The notes below the pieces were generated by a model. The model worked only from the letters and a program-made list of their open reading frames with translations. It searched no databases and was not told the origin of the DNA. A stretch of DNA of 63,808 bases, counting the filler, from Saprolegnia diclina VS20 (lineage: Eukaryota), in NCBI RefSeq assembly GCF_000281045.1. It is 8 parts of 5 records of this genome, joined end to end, with 100 filler letters (N's around TTAATTAATTAA, not from the genome) between each part and the next. Parts side by side here need not be neighbours in the genome. Positions count along the whole stretch, not along the records: positions 1 to 15,783 come from NW_008246195.1; positions 15,884 to 24,735 come from NW_008246196.1; 6 more parts are not named here. One strand, 5' to 3'. Positions 12,001 through 22,585 of this stretch are shown here, piece by piece. How positions within the stretch are numbered: position 1 is the first letter of the stretch; each line of letters starts with the position of its first letter. The position numbers and the translations under genes are program-made.

Positions 12001-15000
12001 GTCAACCTCGTCAGCGGCTTTGGCTCGGAGACCGGCGGCAACGTCTCGCTGACGACTGAAGCGCGAGGCAGTATCAATTTGGCCACCGGTCGCAGCACTG
12101 GAGCCAAGAGCGGGGACGTCTCGATTCGTGTGGGCTCAACCTCGAATGCTGCGGGCGGCAACGTTCAAGTCGCGGCCGGCGATAGCGAGTCGCTTCAAGG
12201 CGGGTCTGTCGTGGTGTCGGCAGGTGCAAGCCAAACAAGAACCGGTGGCGCCGTCGTGCTCTCGTCCGGTGGCAGCCCCAGTGCGTCGACAGGCTCTGTG
12301 ACCGTTGTGTCTGCCGCGGGCGCGTTGTCTGGTAACATGACAATTGCGACGGGTGCCGGTACCACAACTGGCGGACTCGTCCTCGGCACCGGCAGTGCCA
12401 GAACATCTACGGCAGGGCGTATCGTCGTTCAGCCTGGTGTCAGCAACAGAGGTGGCAGCGGCGTTCTTGTCGCTGCTGGCGATAGTCAGCTAGCTGACGG
12501 TGGGTCGTTGACGCTCGTCAGTGGTATGGGCGCTTCAAGCGCTCGCACCGGCTCTGTGACGGTCTCGACGCAGTCATCGTCGTCAACCAGTGGCGATCTC
12601 GTGGCTTTGTCAGGCGACGGGGTAGGTAAGGGCGCAGCGTCCGGTGTGGTTCGCATTGCATCCGGCGCTGCTCAAGATGGTAGTACTGGTACCGTGGTGA
12701 TGTCGTCGGGCTCGACGTCCAGTATGTCGCGAACCACGCGTGCTGGCTCCATCAACATTCTCGGCGGTGATGGTCAAGCTGGGTCGGGTGGTACCGTCAC
12801 GATCGGCGCCGGCTCGTCGGCAACACAAGTCGGTGGCAACGTCGTCGTGCAATCGGGCGCAAGTGGCTCTCGTAACGGCGGGGACGTGGTTCTTGTCACC
12901 AAGAACTCGGAACAAGACGGAGCTAGTGGTAGTATCTCGCTCTCGACGGGCAGCGCCAACAGCACGGTTGGTGACATTTCCCTTCAGGTATATTTCGCAT
13001 CGTCATGTTGTGTAACTCACCATGATGTATCTCTTTAGACGGGATGGTCCTCGGCGGGGCGAGCGGGTGACATTTCGCTGGCTGTTGGCACGACCCAACA
13101 CGGTTCGGGTGGTGTGATTTCGCTGCAAAGCGGCAACTCCACGGCAGATCGCAGCAGCGGTGGCGACGTTGTCGTGCAAACGGGATCGGGGCGTAGTCAA
13201 ACGGGCTCAATCTCGGCAACCACCATGTCTGGCAGTGTGGCAACGGGGACGATCACGATAGCCTCGGGACAGTCGCTTCGTCAAGCATCTGGTGCCGTAA
13301 GTGTGGCCTCGGGCGGCTCGCGTGGAGCCAACACGGGCAACATCGATTTGCGAACGGGTGATACTCAAAGTCCACAAGCGTCGGCGGGCGACATCACGCT
13401 CCAAGGCGGCGCGTCGGTTGGCACGTCCGGCGGCAGCGTAATCTTGGCCGGTGGCAGCAGTGATCTTGGTGTCGGCGGGGCGTTGCTTCTCCAGAGCGGC
13501 GTTGGCGTCGGCAACTCCAGCGGTTTGGTCCAAATCACTTCTGCTCGTGCAGGCGTATTGGGTAGTAGCGGCGACCTCCAGCTCTCTACGGGTGCTTCAT
13601 CGAAGGTCAGCGGCTCGATCTCTTTGGTCTCGGGAAGCTCGCCAACTGGTCAAGCCGGTGCCATCTTGCTGTCGGCAGGGCTCACCGGCGGCAACACGCT
13701 TAGTGGTGCCGGGGTTACAGTCGCCGCTGGCGACAGCCTCGTGCAAACCGGTGGCTCCATCAATTTGATGAGCGGGACCGGCGTAGCATCGTCAAGCGGC
13801 AACATCGCGCTACAGACGGCGCCGTCACTAGCAACCAAGGCCAAAACTCAGTACTCTTCCGGGGCCATCTCGCTGGCTACTGGCACGAGCGGCTTCGGAA
13901 CCAGTGGTGGGCTGACGCTCTCGACGGGTCCCGCGACAGGAGGCGCCGGCGGCTCAATTCTCTTGCAAGTGGGCGATGGCACGATTGCAACGGGTGGTAG
14001 TGTCCAGGTCAACGCTGGCACTGGCGCTACTACTGGCGGTCTCGTTTCGTTGCAAGGCGGTGTCGGAAGTCTTACCGGTGGCGCCATCACTCTAGCGAGT
14101 GGTGGAAGTGCGACGATGTCCTCCGGATCAATCACGCTGTCGACGGCCAACTCGGGTGTCGCAGGTACCAGCGGTGTGATCACAGTCTCGACTGGTGCTT
14201 CCAGCACCGGTAACAGTGGCTCTGTTGCGCTGACGACGGGCTCAGCCGCTGCGGGTATGGTCTTCTTTTCTCTTGTGTGAGGTTTTCACACATTCAATGT
14301 AGGAGCTGGAGGCGACATCATACTGGGCGTTGGCTCCGGCACGACGACGCTTGGCGGCAACGTATACGCCAGTGCGGGTGCAACGTCGGACCCTCTCAGC
14401 TCTGGTGGCTCCATTTTCCTTACGTCTGGGGTCGGCGCTGTGACGTCTAGCGGCAATATTCAGCTCCTGACGCCGAACGCAGGATCTAGTGGTAGAACTA
14501 CTCCTACTTTCATCGTGCACCTCAGATTCCTCACATTCCTCATATAGGAACATCGGGATACTTGAGCTTCAGCACGGGTACATCGTCCAGCGGCAATAGT
14601 GGCAACCTAGTGCTCGGCTCCGGCACGAGTGCTGGTGGTCAAGGTGGCTCTTTCCTTGTCACGGTTGGAAGCGGCAACGTTGGGTCCGGCGGCTCAGTGT
14701 CACTAAGCGCCGGCAGTACGTACGGATCTGGCCTTGCTGGCGGCCCAGTTCAGCTTCTTGGCGGCAGTGGTGTCTTGACTGGTGGTGCGATCAACGTCGT
14801 CAGCGGCGTTGGTCAAACAACATCCAGTGGCGGTATCGCGCTTCAGACGAGCAACTCTGGCCCTTCGGGCGTCAGTGGCGCGTTGATGTTTACGTCTGGC
14901 TCGAGTGCGCAGGGAGCCTCCGGTTCTATTTTGATTTCGACTGGCGCGGCTGTTGCCGGCAGTGCTGGTAGTATCTCAGCGCTTGTTGGAAGCAGCAGCG

Positions 15001-15783
15001 GTACATCACTTGCTGGTGGTACGTTCGCTGCAAGAGCAGGCGCCAGCAGCACCGCGACCGGCGGTCAAGTTGTGATCACGTCTGGCCAAGGCCTTGCAAC
15101 GTCGAGTGGCGCAATTTACCTCTCCACGCCGAACTCTGGACCCTCTGGCGTCTCCGGCTTGCTCAGCTTCAGCAGTGGTTCGAGCAACTTGGGGCCGTCT
15201 GGTGCTCTACTCTTTGATACTGGTACCAGCAACCTCGGTGGCGGTGGCTCGTTTGCTGTGACCGTCGGAAGCGGCAACAGTGGAATCGGCGGTAGCGTAT
15301 CTCTTCAAGCCGGCGCGACAACTGGAGCCGGTTTACAAGGTGGTCTTGTGCAATTGACCGGTGGCACTGGTATTCAAACCGGTGGCTCGATCTACATTGC
15401 CACGGGTTCGTCATCGGCAACGTCAAGTGGCATGCTGACGCTCTCAACAGCGAACAGCGCGTCCCTCGGTGTCAGTGGTGCGATAGCCATTGCAACGGGC
15501 GTCTCTCAAAATGGCAACAGCGGGTCTGTCGGCGTATCGACTGGCCAGGCAACTCTTGGCCAAGCCGGCTCCATCACAATGTCTGTCGGTCAAGGTGACA
15601 CAGGCTCAGGCGGGAGTATAATCCTAACCGCAGGCGCAACGACAGCGTCCAACGGCGCCGGCGGTTCGATAACGGTTCAAACGGGCTTCTCCAGCTTATC
15701 CTCAAGTGGCAGCTACACGCTCGCCTCAGCAAACGCTGGATCAACAGGCTCCTCCGGATACCTCAGCTTGGATACCTCAGCTT
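1..15783 (+). CDS. Giant Gly/Ser/Ala/Thr-rich repeat protein (>5,200 aa, partial at both ends) with internal Peptidase S74/ICA domain; exons 1-12987, 13039-14254, 14303-14491, 14548->15783
   Basis: Frame is open from base 1 (TTGISTTQSGSVVL...). ~14-aa repeats of the form (G/S)GxVx(I/L)xxG. GT-AG introns at 12988-13038, 14255-14302 and 14492-14547 join ORFs 40..13038, 13114..14280 and 14562..15839 in frame and keep the repeat register. Runs into the gap at 15784. Confidence 0.9.
9931..10240 (+). other. Peptidase S74 / intramolecular chaperone auto-processing (ICA) domain within the giant ORF
   Basis: PSDSRIKTNIESFDEEDIYQRLQKLELKSFKY...GVVAQQVAEIFPEYV...VNTQAIVLDLLAALQAQ. Contains the S-D-x-R-x-K dyad motif (Ser codon 9934-9936, Lys codon 9949-9951), the G-x-x-A-Q-x-V-x-x-x-x-P-E motif and a terminal amphipathic helix. 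Confidence 0.9.
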
Positions 15784-15883
15784 NNNNNNNNNNNNNNNNN
15801 NNNNNNNNNNNNNNNNNNNNNNNNNNNTTAATTAATTAANNNNNNNNNNNNNNNNNNNNNNNNNNNNNNNNNNNNNNNNNNNN
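15784..15883. other. Assembly gap with artificial six-frame-stop linker
   Basis: 44 N + TTAATTAATTAA + 44 N. Confidence 0.97.
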
Positions 15884-16179
15884 CACTGGAGCAGGCGCCC
15901 GACGTCGTCCACGTTGATCGGCGCCATCGCCCACCAACAAGTTCTTGAAAGATGCCATCGCGATGGCCAATCGCCGGCAGGCCGGATGGTTATCCGGATA
16001 CCCCACATGGATCTTGAGCGGGCGCGCCAGACCCACGGTCTTATTGACGCCAAGGATGCTTGTGGCCGTGCAACAATAGCCTGGTACCTTGCGCGATGCA
16101 TGGGGCGCATACGTATAGTATTGCTGCGGCCACCTCTGCCCTGTCACCAATGCAGGCCTACACGGGACCAAGTCGGCAG

Positions 16180-16461
16180 CTTCATGAGCTTCGTGATGGC
16201 TGTACCAAGGCGCAGGAGCCGCCGCCGCTTCGGCATCTTGGCTCTCAACGCCTTACTCGTTCGAATACACCAAGCGGTGTCGCCACGTATGGGTGGCCGT
16301 GAAGGAATGGTATGTAGTTGGTAGCAAAGACCATATCAAACGAACAAAGGGCGTACATTAGCATCAATGTGGGCTCGTATGATGCGACCGCCTAAAGGAC
16401 GACATGCATTTACCGGGAGAGGTCCATGAACTCGGCGTGGAACTTGGCCGTCTTCTCCATG
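16180..16461. repeat. Diverged direct copy of ~19031-19314 (last ~16 codons plus downstream region of alanine aminotransferase)
   Basis: Shared blocks such as GGCGCAGGAGCCGCCGCCGCTTCGGCATCTT, ACCATATCAAACGAACAAAGGGCGTACATTAGCATCAA and GAGGTCCATGAACTCGGCGTGGAACTTGGCCGTCTTCTC. Confidence 0.9.
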
Positions 16462-17139
16462 GGTTGAACGACCCGGATGGTGGCGTCGACGTTCAAGCCA
16501 TGCACAGCTCCATTCACACGGACGAACTGGTTGCAGAGCAGCTACACGCGACGGCCAAACCAAGATCGTCTAGTAATCGGTCCTCTCGATTTGGAGCCAC
16601 CCGGTCGTGCATCGCGTCACTCGCGTGCAAATGCTGTGTAGGCCACAAACGACGCCAGAGACGTTGATCGTGCTGACGGTTCTCGCCGCCGGCCCGATTT
16701 TCTCGGTCAGAGAGTTCGACAGAATGTACATCGACTCGACATACTCATGCGAGCAGGTCATCTCGATGGCAACCAACGACGTTCGACCAGATATCCGGAT
16801 ACCACTGGGCGGCTGGGGCATCAGTTCGCTTTTCTCGGCCCATCACCACAGCATCGGCCTGATTCCAATGACCTGCCTCGTCCTCTTGCATCGGCCCTGC
16901 GCCATTCGGCTGCGGGGTTGGTGCGGCGTTTGAAGTCGTGCTTGTTACGCTCTACATGCGCTGCGATCCCAGGCGCAATGAATGTACGAGGTTTTCCAGC
17001 GCGTGTGCATCGGCGTCACGGCTTCCCACGGCACCAACGCCTCCAGTATGTCTTCGCGGCCCTTGACCACGATCGCAAGGGTGGCTCATGCGCTCTTGTG
17101 TAGGGCTTGGGTCGTTCTCCAAGGTACCGGCGACATAGC

Positions 17140-18810
17140 ATGACGCAACGAGTGCGTGAGACGCCAAGCAAGGTCGGTCAGCACAGGCAAGCCGAGGCCA
17201 CGGAGGCGGCTTGGAAATCTGGCGACGACGTCGAGCGAGCGCCGTCGCAGCGCAATGCGGCCATGACGGACTCGGCGTTCGACGCTCTCGTACGGGACAT
17301 CGACGCGTGGTTCGCTGCTCCGGGCAAGGGATACGTACCCGTCAAAGGCTTTGCGCTGGTCGCTCGCGGCAACAGCGGCAAGTGGACTGACGCTGAGTCC
17401 CGAGCGTACGCAGCCCTAGAAGGCCTCAAGAAGCTCGACGACGCCTCCTTGTCGCTGCTGCGGAGCTTTTGCTGGCGCGGCGACAAGAACAGATCCAGCG
17501 ACGCGTACGTTCTCGATTGCCTCCATAGTATCTCACCTCGGCGCATAGGTTTCGCAGCGCCCGATTCCGCAACAACAGCAAGACCACGACCCCTGCCGAA
17601 GAGTATTTACCTCCGTCCATGGAACGTTCGATGTCTTAAAGGGTTGTAGGCTGCTCGAGCAGGAAGGTCGCGCAGGCGCGAACAAGGTGGCCACGAATGG
17701 CAAGAAGAAGCGCCGCGCTGACGACCAGCCTACACGGTACAAAGACGATTCAAGGAAACGAGATGCCATACTGCATGTGTATAGGGACGATGTGTTGAAA
17801 AAGGCCAAGGTTGCGGATAACATTACGCCGCCTACGGATCGCTGCAACGAGCTCCATGGGTTGCGCAGCGACCGAGCTCGTCGCGACGCGTTTGAGCTCA
17901 AGATTGGCGACGAGCTTCATGGACTGCGCCAGGAGCTTGGTCGTCGCGACGCGTTTGAGCTCAAGATTCGCGACGAGATTCATGGGCTGCGGCAAGAGCT
18001 TGGTCGTCGCGACGCGTTTGAGCTAAAGATTCGCGACGAGCTCCATGGACTGCGCCAGGAGCTTGGTCGTCGCGGCGCTTGGATGTCGGCGAGTGAGGTC
18101 CGCGACGCTGCGTCACTCGACATGGCACGCGACGAGTTCTGCGCCCTGCGGCAAGACCAAATCTGTCTGGCTGAGCATCCCACGACACAGCGTGTCGCGA
18201 CAGCCGCGGCCATGCAAGCCGTACGTATGATCTATTAGTGCAAGTCGTGAACCCACGCGTTTCGCAGGTCCGGACGGCCGAGACCCAGGAGCCGCGCATT
18301 TGGCTGTCGCATGTGCTGTTGACACCAGCCATGCTGAGTCAACCCCTGCCAGCGATCCCCGAGGGTTACAACGGCCCATTGGCTATGTATATCCTCGACG
18401 ATATCACAGGGCTGCCCATCCTTGAAGACGAGCTCAAGATCTACCCGTTCCTCGTCCCGGCAGCCGAGTGGCTTCACTCGTGGCGCGCGAGCTTGACGTC
18501 GGCTGCCCAGGGTGCAATCTCCAACATGGAGACGGTGAGCACTTGGCTCACGCCTGCGCTGTCTGCTCAAGACGCTCAAATGGGCAACAATATCAAGAAA
18601 ATCCTCGACAAGCGCGACCCGACGCGCAATCTCTGTGGTACCGAGACTTGCATGAGCGAATCCGGCCACGAGGTCTTGCGCGGCACGAAGCAAAGCGTTG
18701 CCGAGTACAAGGAGCGCATGGCGACGAACGCCCGTAACTACGTCCGCATCTCGTACAAGCTGGAACGGCCATCAAACCAAAGTCTTGGACCCTCGTGGGA
18801 CTTTCTTTAA
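17140..18810 (+). CDS. Multi-exon hypothetical protein with 21-aa coiled-coil tandem repeat
   Basis: GT-AG introns at 17505-17548, 17603-17649 and 18221-18267 join ORFs 17107.., 17687.. and 18238..18810 in frame. Start codon uncertain. Confidence 0.6.
17848..18073 (+). repeat. 63-bp coding tandem repeat, ~3.6 copies (ELHGLRQELGRRDAFELKIRD)
   Basis: Units begin at 17848, 17911, 17974 and 18037. Confidence 0.92.
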
Positions 18811-19263
18811 CCCGTTCGGACGTGCAGATTTTCTAACCCCAGAATTCTATGAATCTTCGGAAGCTTGTACTATGAAAGCAAGAAATACAGCATCGCATTG
18901 TGTCGACAACTAGTATCCGACACCGAGGCCGAGTTATCAACAACTATCCGATCTTGGAATAGGACCGTAGGTAGGTAAGAACATCATGCCGACCTCGTCT
19001 AACGTTACCACAGTTTGCAGCTTCAAGCCACTTCATGCGTCTCGTGATGGATGTAGCGAGGCGCAGGAGCCGCCGCCGCTTCGGCATCTTTCCTTCTCTC
19101 AACGCCTTACTCGTTCGAATGCACCGAGCGGTGTCGCCACGTATGGGTGGCCGTGAAGGAATACACTTGTAGTTGGTAGGAAGACCATATCAAACGAACA
19201 AAGGGCGTACATTAGCATCAAAGCGAGCTCGTATGATGCGACCGCCTAAAGGACGACATGCAT

Positions 19264-20733
19264 TTACCGGTAGAGGTCCATGAACTCGGCGTGGAACTTG
19301 GCCGTCTTCTCAATGACTTCGTCGATGGCCTCCTCGGGCGGGAGGATCGTCGAGCGGAAGTGGAACGTGCCATCTTCCTGGCCAAAGCCCGAACCGGGCA
19401 CGACGACGATACCAGTCGCGTCGAGAAGCGCCATGGCGTAGAACGCATCGGGGGCGACACCGCGCTTGGTGGCCTCCTCCACGGCCTTCTCGGGCACCGT
19501 GATGCGCGGGAAGGTGTACATGGCACCCTCGGCGGCGTTGCACGAAACACCCTCGAGCTCGTTGAAGGCGGCGACGAGCTTGACGGCGCGGCGCTTGAGC
19601 GACGAGAGAATGCCGTCGCGCTGCGCGATATAGAGCTCGTACGACTCGTCGCCCTCCACCGGCGGGTTGGTCATGAGCGCAACCATGAGCTGGCCCTCAA
19701 TGTTGGAGCAGAGGTTGATCGAGACGAGCTTGTAGAGCTGCTCCATCGCGTCGGCGTTGAAGTTGACGAGCTCCATGTAGCCGCCGCGGCGACCGCACTC
19801 GCCGGTGAAGCCCTTGGACGTCGAGTGGAACGAAGCCAGTTCGACGCAGTCGTAGTCCGGGCCCATATCCTTGAGCACCTTCTTGAACGAAACAAAGTGC
19901 TTGTCTTCGGCGTACACGTTCTCCTGGTAGACCTCGTCGGCCATGAGCACGAGCTTCTCGTCCTTGCAGAACTGGACAATGTCGCGCATGTTGTTCTCGC
20001 TCAAGCACTGGCCCGTCGGGTTGCCCGGGTTGATGACGACGAGCGCACGCACGTCCTTGCCGGCGTTGCGCGCGTCCTCGATCGAGCGCGTGAGCTCGGG
20101 AATGCCCATGCCCCAGCCCGACTTTTCGTCGAGGTAGTAGCCGCAGAGCGAGCCGCCGTTGATGGCGATCGTCGCAGAGTAGAGCGGGTACTGCGGGATC
20201 GGGACGAGGATGCCGTCGTTGTGGTCGCGGATGAGCGCGAGGAGCATCGACTGAACCGCCTGGGACGCACCGTCCGTGAGGAAGATGGTCTCCGGGTCCG
20301 CCGCGTGGCCGTCGCGGCGCTCGAGGAACGCGCAGACCTCTTCGCGGAGGACTTCGTGGCCCTTGGAGTGGCCGTACGCGCCCGTGCCCGACGGGATCTT
20401 GGAGAGGTAGTACTTGGCACGCGCGATCGCGTCAGCCTTGAAGATCTTGGGCGCATCTTCGTGGTCGACGAGGCCGGGCATGTTGATGAGCGAGAGCACT
20501 TCGCGGTGGAACGTGATCGGCTTCTGGCCAAGCGACTGCGGGTTGCCAATGTTGCACGCGATGATCTTGTCGAAGGGCAGCGACTTGTCGCCGGACGCGA
20601 GCTGCTTCTTGTAGGCGTCCGAGCGGAGCACGATGGCACCGCGGACGGCGTACTCGGCCTCGACGATACGCGGGTTGATGGTCTGCTTGGTCAATACGCT
20701 CATCTTGCGCAAAATCTGGAACTGGCGCTGCAT
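19264..20733 (-). CDS. ALT: Alanine aminotransferase (PLP-dependent, class I/II)
   Basis: AEYAVRGAI, CNIGNPQ, PIPQYPLYSA, INPGNPTGQ, ADEVYQENVY, SFHSTSKG (PLP Lys), GECGRRGGY, VVPGSGFGQ..GTFHFR. Intronless; likely start MQRQFQILRK. Confidence 0.96.
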   Translation of the reverse strand: MQRQFQILRKMSVLTKQTINPRIVEAEYAVRGAIVLRSDAYKKQLASGDKSLPFDKIIACNIGNPQSLGQKPITFHREVLSLINMPGLVDHEDAPKIFKADAIARAKYYLSKIPSGTGAYGHSKGHEVLREEVCAFLERRDGHAADPETIFLTDGASQAVQSMLLALIRDHNDGILVPIPQYPLYSATIAINGGSLCGYYLDEKSGWGMGIPELTRSIEDARNAGKDVRALVVINPGNPTGQCLSENNMRDIVQFCKDEKLVLMADEVYQENVYAEDKHFVSFKKVLKDMGPDYDCVELASFHSTSKGFTGECGRRGGYMELVNFNADAMEQLYKLVSINLCSNIEGQLMVALMTNPPVEGDESYELYIAQRDGILSSLKRRAVKLVAAFNELEGVSCNAAEGAMYTFPRITVPEKAVEEATKRGVAPDAFYAMALLDATGIVVVPGSGFGQEDGTFHFRSTILPPEEAIDEVIEKTAKFHAEFMDLYR

Positions 20734-22585
20734 GGTGAGGACGTCGGCGGCGGCGGCGGCGCAAAGGCGAAGCAAATGTGAGATTGCCCTTGCCCCAGCG
20801 TGTGGCTGGATACTGCAAAGTCGGACTTGGCCGAAACGTACCCATGTCAAAGTCCGAATTAGATGGGAATACGCCTAATTCAAGGTGGCGCCGATCCCCA
20901 AGGGGCACAATGCACGCGCATTGGCCAAAATATCTCTGAACACGAGATGTGATTGGCGGAAATAGCGTGCCGGCCTGGCGTCACTGCAGCTGAGTTGATG
21001 GATTGCACCAATCAGAATGCGTTTGTCGCAGCCACTCGAACGTGCGAGCACCCAAGTGAAGTTGGGGTGTGGACGACCGCTCGGTCAAATCTGCACGACC
21101 CACCAGAGGTCGTGCAGAATCGACGCGCCCATGAGCGGGATGGGCTACCATCAACCGTGAAGGGATGCGGTGTCGACGACGGCGCTCGGTAAAAGAAGCA
21201 AAAAAGAGATGGAGGTGGTCGGCGTCCCACGAATGCGGCGACTGGCGACGGTGGGACCTTGCGTCCAAGGACGTCCTTCACATCCGCGACAGGCCCTTGG
21301 ATCCTGATTTTACCCAACTGCAAATTCAGGACCAAGATCGGCCCTGTTGAAGATACGATCTTTCGACAAGTTTCTGGCGCGGACTGACGCGCACGTCTGT
21401 GGCACGCATCTTGCCAAGCCCACGGAGCTTTTCCGGGATGACGTGGCAGGCGCAGGCAGCACCGTTCATATTGGCTACCGAAATCTTGGGAAATCCACTT
21501 CGTCCATGATATGCACTACGAGGGGGCGGCCGCCGCGATGCTCGGGGTGGCGACGACACAGTGCGTGCCGCTGCCTCCCTCGCAAACGATGGCGAACGGG
21601 AGTGAATTCGATTCGCAGCAGCCGTTGCGGCCTTTACCGCCAGCTTGTTTCAAGCACGCTGGCCGTGAATTCTTGTGGCTTGATTCACCCGCGCCCATAG
21701 AGACGCATGTGTAAAGGCGCTGGATTTTGAGGGGAGTATCATCACAAGGTTCCTTCCGATGTGGAGTAGTGGGTCGCTCCAGCCGCAACGCGAAAGCGCG
21801 CTGCTCTCTGCGCAGGAACCAAGGCGAAGGAATGATTGCCTTGCGCATCGATATGCCTTTGCTACAGTATGTAGCGCGAGGTACTTTTGGACGGGTTGAC
21901 GTTGACAGGCGCCGAAGGTGTGGTGAAGCGGAAAGTTGTCTTGGTGCCTGGCCGAATACAGTACTACCTTGAACGCAAGCTGTGCTCACACCTGTCGACT
22001 CTTAGGGAAATGGCTCTCACTCGCGAAGCCACTTACGCCCCATTTGGCGGCCAGCGCACCCCTTGTATGTGGTGCAAGACGAGGCAAGAAGAAGGGGTGA
22101 CTAGCGAAAACAATAAAGCCGGCAGCGAACGTGAACGTCTCGATGGGTTCATGCTTCACAAAGGCGGCGGCGACGTCGACGAGAGCCTTTTATATGTTCC
22201 AAAAGGGATGCTTGAGATGCTGGTAAGTTCCTGATGACGCTCCTTCAAATCCAAGAACCTGTTGTAGATCCAACACCCCCGCTGTCCCCGACAACGTCGG
22301 GGACAGCGGCGTGGCCAAGGTGATGGACCTCAACATCGGTTGCCACGCGATCTTAGTCAGCTGTGAACCCACTCGTTGACCGATTGCGATCAGCCGAGAG
22401 CGTAGCAAATGGGAGCTTTGTTCGTTTGGCGCGACCTGACGCGGTGCCGTCGCGTTGCTTGTTGAGACTTCAACGTTGCATAAAAATGCAGCCTGTCACT
22501 TGACTTGACGTTTCTATGGACCCCACGGACCAATGGCATCGCGCGATTTCGGAAGGTGCTTTCGACGGCTTCAGTCGGCAGGAGC

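Noticed and set aside
252..15447. Many antisense and alternate-frame ORFs over the giant gene (Pro/Thr-rich, up to 396 aa)
   Set aside because: Shadow ORFs produced by GC-rich Gly/Ser/Ala codons; no independent motifs.
1..15783. Bacterial or phage contaminant (PE-PGRS, autotransporter or tail fibre)
   Set aside because: Three frame-restoring GT-AG introns of the same size class as neighbouring genes indicate a resident nuclear gene; no PE domain or autotransporter barrel is visible.
15828..15839. TTAATTAATTAA as a regulatory palindrome or piggyBac target
   Set aside because: Occurs identically in the centre of every N gap, so it is an assembly linker.
17848..18073. CRISPR-like array
   Set aside because: Head-to-tail in-frame 63-bp coding repeats with no unique spacers, in a eukaryotic context with no cas genes.
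19258..20781. 507-aa plus-strand ORF
   Set aside because: Antisense mirror of alanine aminotransferase caused by strong codon bias.
20900..22500. Short ORFs between ALT and the GTPase (e.g. 21887..22234)
   Set aside because: No recognisable motif and no convincing splice model; may be decayed sequence.
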